Assembly: GCF_009914755.1 (NCBI RefSeq)
Contig: NC_060945.1
Origin: the human T2T-CHM13v2.0 reference genome, Homo sapiens
DNA: 64,000 nt
Direction: 5' to 3' (one strand)
In this document: positions 1 to 13,700 of the stretch, one piece after another
Layout: every line of letters begins with the position of its first letter
Numbering within the stretch: position 1 is the first letter of the stretch
Notes under the pieces: generated by a model
What the model was told of the DNA's origin: nothing
The model's input: the letters and a program-made list of their open reading frames with translations, nothing else
Database searches by the model: none
Translations under genes and position numbers: made by a program

Positions 1-403
1 CTGCCTTTGAGGTTATGAGGAAGGGCTGAGGCAGGCAGTGGCCAGTGGAGGGAACGGGGTGGGTACCGAGGGACTACATGGCCATCTCCTGGACATGGGG
101 TCTGGCTGGGGGACATGAGATGGGCAGACACTGCCATCTTGATTTCATTGGCCCATCTGTGGGCTGGGAGGCCAGCTGGCGGTGTGGCCAGCTGGGAGGT
201 AGGAGGACTCTTGGGGAAGGGAGAGTCACCTGCATGAACTCAGGGCTAGAGGGCTGTGGCTCTGGGACACACAGGGTGGCCAGGGGGAGGCTGCAGCGCC
301 CTCTGCTGTTGGGAATGAAAGGTGTCTGCCTTGAAGTGAAAGGGTCCCTGTTCAGTTCTGGGTTCCTGTGGGACCCTCAGCAGGGATATCCTGAAGGCTC
401 CTA

Positions 404-649
<246 letters not shown>

Positions 650-2749
650 TCACCATGGAAGCATGTCACCTGAGAGGGATGAGGCCTTCTGGGAGGACTC
701 ATGTCACTGGAGAGGACAGAGGTCACCTGGGAGACCTCCCTCAGGCCCTAGGGGATTTAGGGCACAGACTCTGCACCCCTCCCCTGACCCTGGACATGAG
801 GGCTAAGCAAGTCCCCCACAACTCAGTTGAAAAGGGACCTGGAGGGACTTCTGCAGTGAGTGTCCAACCTCACATGGTCTGAAGGGGCACAGGCAAGGGT
901 CATTCACATCCCCTATCATGGGCCAGGCTGGAAAGGCCAGTGTGCCAGGCCTGGGGAAGCACCTGTGAACTGCACCTACCACAAGGGCAGGCGGTGGGCC
1001 ACTGATCACCACACAATGGATCGTGTGATGGCCCAGGAGCTGCCTGCCAGGCACAGGAGGGCAGCTGGGTCCAGACCCTATGTGAGCAGCCCGTGGAGTG
1101 ATCTCAGCAGCTCTCCCTGTCTGGAATGGTCTGGGAAGTGGGGGCCAAGCAGGAACAGCCACCTGGGTGACCTCCTCCCTGTCTACTGTTCTCTTACGGG
1201 GTTAAGGCAAAGGGGAAATTGGATCCCTGCCAGGTTTCCAATAAAGAGGCTTCCTCAGGATTCAAACTCATTTCATGAGAAGAGCCTGGCCCCATCAGGC
1301 ACCTCAGCAACTTGTCAAACATGTCTCTTGCAAGGACTATCCTGTGTGCAACACTGCTAAGCTCCTTGTTTTGGGCAGCACCAGGAGGGGAGGGTCATTT
1401 CTTCTTCTGAGACATGGTGGTTGGGTCCAGGTGACATCCACAGCCTGGGCCCTGACCCCTTTCACTCTCAGCGGGACCCCTTGAGACACCAGCTTCCCTT
1501 CCTTGCTTGGGTGTCCACACCAGCAGTTCTACCTACTACATCATTACAGCCAGATCAGGATCAATGTCCTCTCTCTGGAATAAATGCAGTGACCACTGTT
1601 CTTTGAGCATTATTTATCTTAAATTATTGTTTTAATTAGAAATGTATTTCACTTATATTAGCCAAATTTCCTTTCAATGTAACCAAATTTCTTTTAAGTG
1701 AAAATTAAATATTTACCTTCTGCTATCAAGCATTCTATGTACACAAAATGTTTATTTTTTTCAACTTTAGAAAAAATTGAAAATGTCTACATGCTACTAA
1801 TCTAAAAATACAGGCTCTGGGTTTATATGGTGTTTATCTTTCTTCCGAATTTTAAGGAATAGATATTTAAATGGCATCCACTTTGTTTTAAAATACATAA
1901 AATGTTTTAAGCTTTTGACCTCAAAATTTACAGTAGCAAAGCTACTCCGTAATGAATAAACCACAGAATCAAAACAAAGAAAGATTCCACAGACCAGTCT
2001 AACCAACAATACAATTATAAACTAGTTGTTCAAATATCAAAAACCAATTTCAATGACAAATGAATGGTATGAAAACCCCGCAAATGTCAAGTAGAATATA
2101 TTATACTTGAATGAAATCATGAGTTGAGAGTAGGAAATCTAGGTTTAACCAAGCAAATTAAATAATGTTTATGAGGAAATTATACTGCTAATGTTTTATT
2201 ATTTGGCAAGCTATTCAGTGGAACACAAAGATATTCTTAACGAAGTCGAAAATATATTTTAAAATGTTACTGAAGTGGATTAAAAAATAATGAGGACATG
2301 AATAACTTTTAAAAGTATTCGGCGATAAAGAGAGAAAAATAAATTTAGATTTCATACATACATAAAATATATTTAAAAAGTTGTGTTTTCTGTTTGCTCA
2401 AATAAAAGGAGCAGATATTTAAATTCCATGCCTTTCATTTTAAAGTTTAGGAAATGCTTATAGCTTTCCACACTGACATTTATACTGACACAGTTAATCT
2501 AATCGAGTGATAACAAAATCAAAACAAGCAGAATTCTCTTGAGCAATCTATTTTCTTGATTTTTAAAAGTCAATGTACTCTCAAAGAAACAAAACTCTTA
2601 TTCGTGGATTCTGTTATTTGAAAACATTTACTGATCATTTACCTTACAGCAAGTGATCTCCAGCTCGTGGAAAAATATGTAAAGTTGCCCAGCTGCATTA
2701 AGCTTAAACTCTTCTGAAGGAGAAAAGAAGCAATGGAGTAGGGACATTA

Positions 2750-3070
2750 AAGCAGGAGTGTGGTGATATGGCTGAGACTTCTACTTGCACACTGTGGTAG
2801 CTGTGTGGAGAATGGATTGAAAAAAGGGCAATGACAGAAGCTTAAATTAGTATCAAATATGGCAATCCTGTAAATTTAGGTGTCCTTGAAATAAGAAAAA
2901 TGTATAATAGTTCTCATTATTTCCCCAAGAAATCTCTGCACTTGGCCTTGTGAGGGAAGCGCTATAGTTACCAAGTGGTGGGGGTGGGAAGGTGAATTTG
3001 AAACAACATTTGGAATTACTACACTTTAAAGGTAAAGCTGACAGGAATTCCATACACGTCAGATCTGAAA

Positions 3071-3109
<39 letters not shown>

Positions 3110-3830
3110 TGTCTGTGTGTGTTTGTGTGTGTGTGAAGCAGGGAGAAAGAGCAAGAGTGAAAGTGAGCAAGAGAGAGAGGAGAGAGAGGGAGAGAATCAG
3201 ACAGATACAGAAAGAGATTGACAGAGCTACAGAGACAGAATTGAAAGGGGACACCAAGAATATTGAGCTGAGAAACTATAAAATGGGAGTTGCCATTAAA
3301 CAGAATGGGGAAGAGCAAATTTGGGGAGTTTCAGTGGCTCAATATAGACATATTAATTTTGAGATTCCTAACTGACATCCACGTGGATAAGTCAGGGAGT
3401 GTTGGGTGTAGTGTCCAGTGTTTAGGTGTAATATGAAATATCAGGAAATTAATGACACAAACATTAGTAAGAAAGCAAAGATAAGAAGTCGAAGTCCTGA
3501 GCCTAATGGTCCTCTAACATTTAAAAAATAGAAAAGATGAAACCTGCAATAAAGGACTAGGGGTAATTATCAAAAACATGGTGGGGGGAAAGTAGGTTAA
3601 GTATTCTGGAATTCTATAAAAAAGTTTTACAAAGAGAAGGTGGAGATCAACTGTGTGAAATGCTGCTGATATATAAATTAAGACGAAGGCCGAGGAGTTA
3701 TGGTTCAATTTATAGTTTAACAATATGGATAGCACTTATGTTTTAATACGAGCAGCTTCGTTGGAGTGAGTAGGTGAGAAATCATATTGGAGTGGTTGCT
3801 GAAATGAAAGTCTGATCTCTGGATTCTTAA
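2750..3830 (-). mobile_element. Degraded L2 fragments interrupted by microsatellites
   Basis: L2-like motifs (gtgtggagaatggattg; ttttgagattcctaactgacatccacgtgga). Boundaries approximate. Confidence 0.5.
3073..3240. repeat. (TG)n microsatellite followed by GA-rich tract
   Basis: Directly visible: (TG)n at ~3073-3135, then (GA)-rich to ~3240. Confidence 0.95.
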
Positions 3831-3994
3831 GGAAAAATTTTATTGGACTGCAGAGACATAAATTGGATTTTTAATTCTGGAGTCAGGATGTGCTCAGTAA
3901 ACATGTGCCCATTAATGCCTCCTCACATTTTTTTAGCTCGGTATTCTGTTATCTTTTAATAATATAATAATGACTTGCAAAACCTACACCCATT

Positions 3995-4075
3995 TTGCAG
4001 CAAACCGTGACACATGTATACCTGTGTAACAAACCTGCATGTTCTGCACATTTATCCCAGAACTTAAAGTATATA
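3995..4075 (+). mobile_element. L1PA 3' end fragment
   Basis: catgtatacctgtgtaacaaacctgcatgttctgcacatttatcccagaacttaaagtata is the L1PA terminal motif. The tail has decayed to (TA)n/(TC)n/(GA)n. Confidence 0.85.
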
Positions 4076-4190
4076 TATACACTTTATATATATATATATA
4101 TATTCTCTCTCTCTCTCTCTCTATCTCTATATATATATAGAGAGAGAGACAGAGAGAGAGACAGACAGACAGACAGAGAGAGAGAGAAAG
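4076..4190. repeat. Compound (TA)n(TC)n(TA)n(GA)n microsatellite
   Basis: Directly visible. Confidence 0.95.
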
Positions 4191-4198
4191 AAATCCCA

Positions 4199-4492
4199 GC
4201 CAAGTGCAGTGGCTCATGATTGTAATCCCAGGGCTTTGGGAGGCTGAGACAGGTCGACCATCTAAGGTCAGGATTGAGAACAGCCTGGCCAACATGGTGA
4301 AACCCTGTCTTTACTAAACATACAAAAATTAGCTGGGTGTGGTGGGGGGCACCTATAGTCCCAGCTACTTGAGAGGCCAAAGCAGGACAATCACTTGAAC
4401 CTGGAAGGCAAAGACTGCAGTGAGCTAAGATCATGCCACAGCACTACAGCCTGGGTGACAGGGTGAGACTGCCTCAAAAACAAAAGCAAAAA
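4199..4492 (+). mobile_element. Alu (diverged AluS-like), full length
   Basis: Both arms, A-rich linker and A tail present. Confidence 0.95.
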
Positions 4493-4799
4493 ACCCTTTT
4501 AATTGACAAATTTTACAAAGACTGATACTAGAGGTTGTTGGACAGGCCGTTGTCCCACATAATATCTTAAGAGTTGCCGATGCACAAGTAAGGTGGTAAA
4601 ATGCCTTTGAAAAACTGACCATACCTGCTATACTTTAATATTCAGATACAAAACTCCCAGAAATTCCATCTTGTCATTTATTTCCACAAGAAAAAACAAG
4701 AGACCTGTATTAAAATATCCATTTCTATTAAAATTAATCACACTAGGTTTCTTCAAATTTTTTTATTAGTAGCTCTTGTTTTCAGCAGTACAATTTCTA

Positions 4800-5683
<884 letters not shown>

Positions 5684-6326
5684 TATTTTGTATTTTTTAA
5701 TCTACAACACTCTAAGAACACATATTTTAAATAAATTTGTACATTCAGTGCCTAGAACAAAACCAGCATTTTGTAGATTCCAAAGAATTATTTGTTGTAT
5801 AAATGATGAATAACTTAAATAAGTTATCATTTATAACATCTATATACAAACAATATATTACCTGAGAATACAGTGATAACATTTGTTATGTATAAAATGA
5901 TTGCAATCTCAGTTAAAAAATATTTTTTGCATGAGTTATTGTCATATGCAGATGCTCACATTGTTTTGTTTAGATGAAAATGTTTGTAACTACTATGCAC
6001 ATTTTTGTTACTTAAGCCTTTTGGTCTTGCTGCCGTAGCAAATACTGTGCCTCTTAAGAACATGAACCTGTTTTTCTTCATTTTTTAGCAGATTTCTTAA
6101 TGAAATATATAGCATACTATTTTGTTTAACACATAAGCAGACACCCTGTCGAAGCAAAGAGACATCTACTTCACCATTACCACCCATCCCTCTGCTAATG
6201 TGGCTGCTGAAGATGTTACCTAGAGCAGAGGACTTTGTGTTCAGCCTAAGCACTTTATATCCTTTATTTTCAATTGGGTAGGAGATAAAATAATTCAGCA
6301 GCAATAAAAGTCACACTTCTTAAAGT

Positions 6327-6913
6327 TGCAGTCTCACCAATGCACCACAATGTAGCAGTCTCTCTTGTGAGGTATCACGTGGAGTTCTTCATCTCACCAC
6401 CAAGATGATTAAGGAACAGGGACACACGGGTGAGGTTGGAGTGAAAGTTTAATAAGAAAAAGGAGGAAGCTCTCTGCAGCAGACAAAGGAGTCCAACTGG
6501 ATTGCCGTTTTTACTGTTGAATCAAAAAGCTTTTATAAGAAACTCCTCTCAGCTCTATATAAAACTGTCTGCACAATTCCCTTTATATATCCAGCTGTGG
6601 GTATGTGTCTAGTCAAGCATAAAGTGGGCTTCTCTTGTTTGTATAACTGTGGGTTTGTTTTAGGTAAGCCCCCCTCCTCCCTGTGCAAGTTCCCACAGAG
6701 GCCGCCATGTATATGCCTGAAAAAGGGAGGAAAATTTTACCTGGGAGCTTGCCAATTACACAAAGACAGAAGGCATGTGTGCTGGACCTTGCATGCTTAT
6801 CTGTTCAGGACTTATCTGTAGGTGCAGTAGTTGTGATTTTTCAGGCTGACAGCTTCCCTGAGGACCAGTCTCTTACTTGTTTACTCAACTAATTTTCCTT
6901 TCCTTCTCCCTCA
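6327..6913 (-). mobile_element. ERV1 solo LTR (MER4-group-like; subfamily uncertain)
   Basis: TG...CA termini (tgcagtctcacc...ttctccctca) with MER4-group-like body (gaaagtttaataag, gaagctctctgc). Confidence 0.7.
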
Positions 6914-7330
6914 ACATTATGCAGCAAAACAGAGTACACTTCTCTTTCCCAGTAAACCAGGTTGGTACTCCACTCTGAATACTTGTATTATTGGATTTCT
7001 TAGAAAAAAATATTTGGGATCATAATTTAGATGCCATCAAACAATGAACAAAAACATGCTACTTCGTTTCCCTTCTCTTCTCTTGTTACCAGACAATAGC
7101 TAGTTTTCTTTTCTCTCCAATCCCTTTTTTCTGTGCTTCTACCTGATTTTTGAAAAAACTTCTACACATTTCCAATCTTAGTATAGCAGACATCATATAT
7201 GTGGTCAAACTACATACGTAGGAAGAATAGAATTATATAATTATATTCAAGCATTTTAAAATAATTACCCTTCAGTTTGTTTTGCAGTTATTTTACATAA
7301 TCAAATGTCTTCCTGATATACTTTCCAACC

Positions 7331-7800
<470 letters not shown>

Positions 7801-8151
7801 TGCAAGGAAAATTACCTTCCCTGCCCTCCAGTTGGCCCTTATGTCCAGATGTCCCTCTTCCCCTTTCTCATTGTGCTCTCTCCTTCTGTGCCTTTCTTCT
7901 ATTCTCTCTCCACTTCTCATCCAGATGCCAAGCCCTCTTCCATCAATTGTCTTAAAACTCCAAATGGTCAGTTGCCTCTAAACTTTCCTCTGTCCCATGA
8001 ACAAGTTACTCAGGCAAACGTAGAATTTAAGCTTGGACCAAGCTGAATCAAGAGCTGCAATTAAAGGTTTCCCTAAGCCCAGAGGGGACCAGCGAATACT
8101 TATAGAAGATTTTGGATTTCCTCTGAATGCATAAGGCTCTGGGTAACCTAA

Positions 8152-8510
8152 TTCTATAGACCAAATGTTATTGTCCCCCTCAAATTCAAGTGCTGATATC
8201 TAATTCCCTATGTGATGATATTTGGAGGTAGGGCCTTGGGGAATGATTAGCTCATGAAGGCAGGGACCACAGGAGTGGGATTAATAGCCCCTATTGAAGG
8301 CACCATAGAGAGCTCTCTCATCCCTTCTGTCATGTGAGGACATGGTAGAAACATGGCTGTCTATGAACCACAAAGCAAGCCCACACCAGACATGGAATCT
8401 GCTAACCACTTGACCTTGAATTTTGCCATCTCCAAAACTGAAAGAAACAAATTGGTTTATAAGCTTCCTCATCTATGACATTCTGTTTTGACCCCAGATT
8501 AGCTAAAAAC
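8152..8510 (+). mobile_element. MLT1A-like MaLR LTR
   Basis: tgtccccctcaaattcaagtgctga...ccttgaattttgccatctccaaaactg...ctaaaaaca, typical of MLT1A. Confidence 0.8.
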
Positions 8511-8819
8511 ACCAAAATATCAACTTGTACACCAAATTTTGGAAATGGATGCTAAAACTTTGATGGCAAAAGGTGACTGATCTGCCTGAGAAACGAAGCT
8601 ACATGATCCCTCTTTTCACAAAGCTGGAGGGAGAGTCAACACAAGCAAAAATAGGTCAAATTCTTCTAAAAGCCATACCTGAAGGGTTTTCAATATCACT
8701 TGATCAGATCGTAATTTAATCACACAAAGAGCCATAACTAAACACACAACTATCAGAGGTTTTCAATGTCACCTTAAAAACATCATCTACAATATTAGGG
8801 AGTGAAAGAAGTCATGGAA

Positions 8820-9964
8820 GTTTCAAAAAGTCAAACTTTATTTCAGTGTTATGGTAGAAATTTGAGATTCTTAGTTAAGCTATGAATAAATCCTTGGGCA
8901 GGTGCAGGCATGGAGATTCTGGGGTGCAGCTGCTGAGTTTAAATCTTCCTTTGGAGATGCCCCCTGGCCCCCTCAACCCCTGTCTGCCTGTCAAGAAGAG
9001 GCCATCCTGGGCAGAACATTAGAGGCAAATGGCCCAGATGCCTAGCTGAGGGCAAACCTCCATGCCTGGAGGAGGAGGTCGCCTCTGGGAGCAGGAGGAC
9101 CTCCTGGAACCCCTGCTCACAGGCTCCTTTTCTTGCTCTCCAGCACCTCCTGTAGGCAGGCAAACAACCCCAGCAGCAGTAGCAGCAGGCTCTTCAGCAG
9201 CAGGGCTGCTGCTCTGCTGAATGAGAGAAGTCCCTCTCCAGTGAGGCAGAGGAGCCCAGGTTGCACACCCTGGTCTCTGCCTCCATAGCTTCCACTGTGC
9301 CCAGGACTGGGAGCAGTGTGGGAGCTGCTGGCTGGAGCTGTGCTGGTCACCCCCTCTCTGCCACCTCTAGCTCCAGCCACACTTTCAGCTTGGGCAGTCC
9401 CAGGGCAATGGCAGGAGGGCTCTGGAGCCTCCTCTAGCTCCAGCGCTGTCCCTGGAGGGGGCTTTGACCCTGGTGCTGACACTGGCTCCACAGCTGGCAC
9501 TGGAAATAGCTGTATTTCTGCACCTGAAGCAGGAACTGAAAAAGGAGAGAGGTCACCAATATCACTCACTTTCCACTGGAATTTCCAAACATGAAGACAA
9601 CCTCACTGAATTTAAAGGAATTTCAGCCTGAAAACATTGTCCCTGGAAAGACTTCCAGACTGCAGGTGACCTCAGCATGTGCCTGTGTCTCAATGAGCTC
9701 CAGAGGCTCCAGCTGGACAAGGACAATGTGCAGATGTGGCCCTGGTGGGATCACTGTGAGGCCTGGCCTGGTAGCTCCATCTGGGGCCTGATGTCTACCT
9801 GGTGACTCCTGTCCTGTGGTACCTGGGGGGGCCTTCTGCTAAATGGCCAGAGGCATCTGGGGTGAGGGATGAGCCTACAAGGGCATCGTCAGAAAAGAAA
9901 GGTTCTCACTCCTGCCATTCCTGAAGCAGGAGCCTTGAGATGTGTGGATGCAGCACAGGAACAT
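8820..9964 (-). pseudogene. CDRT15P: CDRT15/CDRT15L2-family (C2orf27-like) unprocessed pseudogene
   Basis: ATG at 9964 gives MFLCCIHTSQGSCFRNGRSENL. After a frameshift and stop it continues RLIPHPRCLWPFSRRPPQVPQD, then HLHIVLVQ..LIETQAH. The 3' part PAVEPVSAPG..ALELEEAP..GGREGVTSTAPASSSHTAPSPGH..DQGVQPGLL matches my recollection of CDRT15L2. AATAAA (minus strand) at 8837-8842. Confidence 0.85.
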
Positions 9965-10045
9965 CTTGCTCTCTTGAGCATCTCCCACCAAGTGAGCTGG
10001 CTATGGGGCTAACTCTAGGATGTGGGTGCCTGGTTATCGGGATTC

Positions 10046-10610
10046 TTTTTTTTTTTTTTTGAGACATAGTCTCATTCTGTTGGCCAGGCTGGAGTGCAGT
10101 TTCATGATCTCAGCTCACTGCAACATCCACCTACCAGGTTCAATCAATTCTCCTGCCTCAGTCTCCTGAGTAGCTGGGATTACAGGCACAAGACATGCAC
10201 CACAACACCTGGCTAGTTGTTTTGTTTGTTTGTTTGTTTGTTTGTTTTTTTTTGAGACAGAGTCTTGCTCTGTCTCCCAGGCTGGATGGAGTGCAGTGGC
10301 GCGATCTTGGCTCACTTCAAGCTCCGCGTCCTGGGTTCATGCCATTCTTCTGCCTCAGCCTACCAAGTAGCTGGGACTACAGGCACCTGCCACTATGTTC
10401 GGCTAATTTTTGTATTTTTAGTAGAGATGGGGTTTCACTGTGTTAGCCAGTATGGTCTCGATCTCCTGACCTTGTTTGTTTTTTGTATTTTTAGTGGACA
10501 TATGGTTTTACCATGTTGGTCAGGCTGGTCTTGATCTCCTGATTTCATGATCCTCCTGCCTCAGCCTCCCAAAGTGCTGGGATTACAGGTGTGAGCCACC
10601 GTGCCTGGCC
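10046..10610 (-). mobile_element. AluS with a nested 5'-truncated AluY (~10216-10472) in its A-rich linker
   Basis: Outer TSD tggttatcgggattct (10031-10046) / tggttaccagaattct (10611-10626). The inner copy has AluY diagnostics (caagctccgc, gccattct, gtgttagcca). Confidence 0.92.
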
Positions 10611-10769
10611 TGGTTACCAGAATTCTAATTTCCGTTAGGGTCTGTTGCCAAGGAAGTGAGGTCGCTTCTTTAAGGTTCCGTCCCCTTGGCCTCCTCCTTC
10701 CAGAAGACCTACTCAGGACCCCAGTGGGCTGCTGACTGCTCACCTTCCCCACAGGTCAACTCCTTACCT

Positions 10770-13700
10770 GTACACAGTTATGTCCACCCAGGGCCTGCTT
10801 GGACACCTGCACCTGATGTTCCCCAGGGGCCTAGGAATCCACTTGGGGCCTGGGAACCTACAGGGGCCTAATGTTACCCTGCAGATTGGGTAGCCACCTG
10901 GGGACCAGGCATCAACCTGGGTATTGTGGTTGACCTGTGGGCTAATGTCCAGCTGGGGACTGGTTATTCACCTGAGGCCTGATGCGTACCTGGGGCCGAA
11001 TGTCCCCCTCAGGGTGAATTCCACCTCAGGCCTGTATGTCCACCTGGGGCCTGATGTCTGCCTTAGATCTGTGTCCCACTGGGGCCTTGTGTTCACCAGG
11101 GACTGGTATCCAGCTGTGGCCTGATGACCTACTGCATCCTGCTGCTCACCTACGGCCTGGTGTCTACCTGGGGCTTGGTGATCACCTGGGAGCTGGATAT
11201 CAACCTGGGGCCTGGGTGTCCACTTAAGGCCTGATGTGGGCCTGGGGCCTGACTGTCCACCTGGGGACTGGGTGTCCACCTGGGGTCTGATGTCCACCTG
11301 AAGTTAGGTATTTACCTAAGGCTTGGTGTCTACCTGTGCCCTGATGTCCACATGAGTCTGGGGTTTGGTTGGGGCCTGCTGTACATCTGGGAACTTGGTG
11401 TCTATCTGAGGCCTGATGTCTACCTGGTGACTGCGATCCTCTTGAGGCCTGCTATCCACCTGGGAATGGTTTATCCATGGAAACGGTTATGTCCACCTGG
11501 GGCTGGATGTTGCCCAGCGGCTAGATGTCCACCTGTGGCCCCGTATCCACCTAGGGCCTGATGTCCACCTGGGGCATGGTGTTCACCTGAGACCCGGGTG
11601 TTTACATAGGGCCTGATGTCCAGCTGGTGCCTAGGTGCCCACTGGGGGCCTTGTGTTAACCTGGGGACTGGTATCCAGCTGGGTCCTAATGACCACCTGG
11701 GTTGAATTATTCACCTAGAGTTTGGTATTCACTTAGGGCTTGAGTGTCAGCCTTGGACCTGGTGTCCACCTGGGCCTTGGGTATCAAACTAGGGGTTTGG
11801 TATCCAGTTGAGACATCATTTGCACCTTGGGTCTGAGTGTTCGCATGAGGCCAGATGACCACTGGGGGCCTGAATGTCAACCTGGGTTCTGAAATTCACT
11901 GGAAGCCTAGGTATCTAGCTGGGGCCTGATGTCCACCTGGGACTAGGTGTCAACATGTGGCCTGATGTAAACCTCTAGTTGAGTGTCCACCTTGGGCCTG
12001 ATGTCCACTGGGGGACTGATGTTCCCCTTTGATCTGATGTCTACCTGGAAACCGTGTATTCACCCATGGCCTGATGGTCACCTGGGGTTGAATGTCCAAC
12101 TGTGGCCAGATGTGCACCCGGATCCTGGGCATCCACCTGGGGCCTGATGTTCATCTGGGGCCTGGAGTTCACCTGAGGCACGATGTCCACCTGAAGCCTA
12201 ATGTTCATCTGAGTGCTGAGTCTAATGTACTCCTGGGTTCTAGGGTCCTCTTGGGACCTGATGTCTACCAGATCCTGGTATCCACTTGGGGCCTGGTATC
12301 CACCTAGGACTTGATATTCACCTGGGGCCTGGGAATCCACTTGATAACTGGTGCCCATCAGGGTCCTATGTTTACCTTGGGACTGGGTAACCACCTGAGG
12401 CCTGATGTCCACTTAGGGCATAAGTGTTTAGCTGGGGTCTAGTGTTCACATAGGGTCTGATGTCAACCTTGAGCCCAGGTATTCACCAGGAGACTAGTGT
12501 CCAGCTGGGAACAGATGTTCACTTGGGGCCAGGTGTCAACTTGAAGCATGGTTGTCAACCTAGGACCTGATGTCTAGTCCAGTGTCCACCTTGGGCCTGT
12601 TTACTACCCGGGGCCTGTGTGTCCACATAGACCCTGATGTCAATCTGGGGCCTGGGTATTTACCGGAGGCCTGGATATTCATTGGTACATTATGTCTACT
12701 GGAGTCTTTGTGTCAATCTGAGCTCTGATGTCCACTTAGAGATTGGGTATCCACCTAAGGCCTGTTGTTTACATGGGGCCTGTAACAAGAGGTTCCAGAT
12801 GAACTCAGATGTCCACCTGAGGCCTGATGTCCACCTGAGTTCTGAGTGTTAACACAGGGCCTGCTGTCAACCTGGGACCTAAGTATTTACCTAGGGCCTG
12901 GGTGTCCACCTGGGGCCTGACTTCCAAATAGATCTTGTGTCAACAGGTGGCTTGATGTGCACTTTGGGCCTAGGTAACTTCCTGATGACTAATGCCCACA
13001 TGGCTCCTAAGGACCATCTGAGGCCTGGTATTAATTTAGAGACTGGTATACACCTGGAGTCCAGGTATCCACTTGGGACCTGATGTTCACCTGGAGTGTA
13101 CGAATTCACGTGGGGCCTGGTGTCCACCTTGAGTGTGTGTATCCAATTGAGTGCTGGTGTCCACCTGGAGTCCAGTGTATACCCGGGGACTGATGTACAC
13201 ATGGGGCCTGGGCATCCATCTAGGACCTGATATTCAGATAAGGGCTGGCGTTCTCCTGGCCTGGTGTCCACATGGAGCCTGGATATACACTTGGAGCCTG
13301 ATGTCCCAGGTGGATACCTGGGCCCCAGTGGTCATCAGATCCTAGGAAACTCTCAGGCCCCAGGTGCACATAAAGCTCCAAGTGACCACCTAGGCCACAG
13401 GTTGATACACAGGGTCCAGGTGGACACTGGGTGCAAGATGAACACCAGGCCCCTGGTGAACACAAAGCCCCAGGTGTCTACCTAGTCCTCAAGTGGACAC
13501 CAGGCACTAGATTGACACACAGATACCAGGTGGACATCAGGCTGCAGGTGAACATCAGGCCTCAGGTGGTTGGGTTACTTATAGCATAGGTGGCCATCAG
13601 GTCCCAGGTCTATATCCACTCCCCACCTGAAAATCAGGATCCAGGTGGATACCCATATTCTAGGTGAACACCAGTTTCCAAATGGACATCAGGCTCCAAG

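Noticed and set aside
9117-9569. 150-aa ORF as an intact gene
   Set aside because: It is the 3' exon of the CDRT15-like pseudogene read from a non-ATG intronic start; exon 1 is frameshifted.
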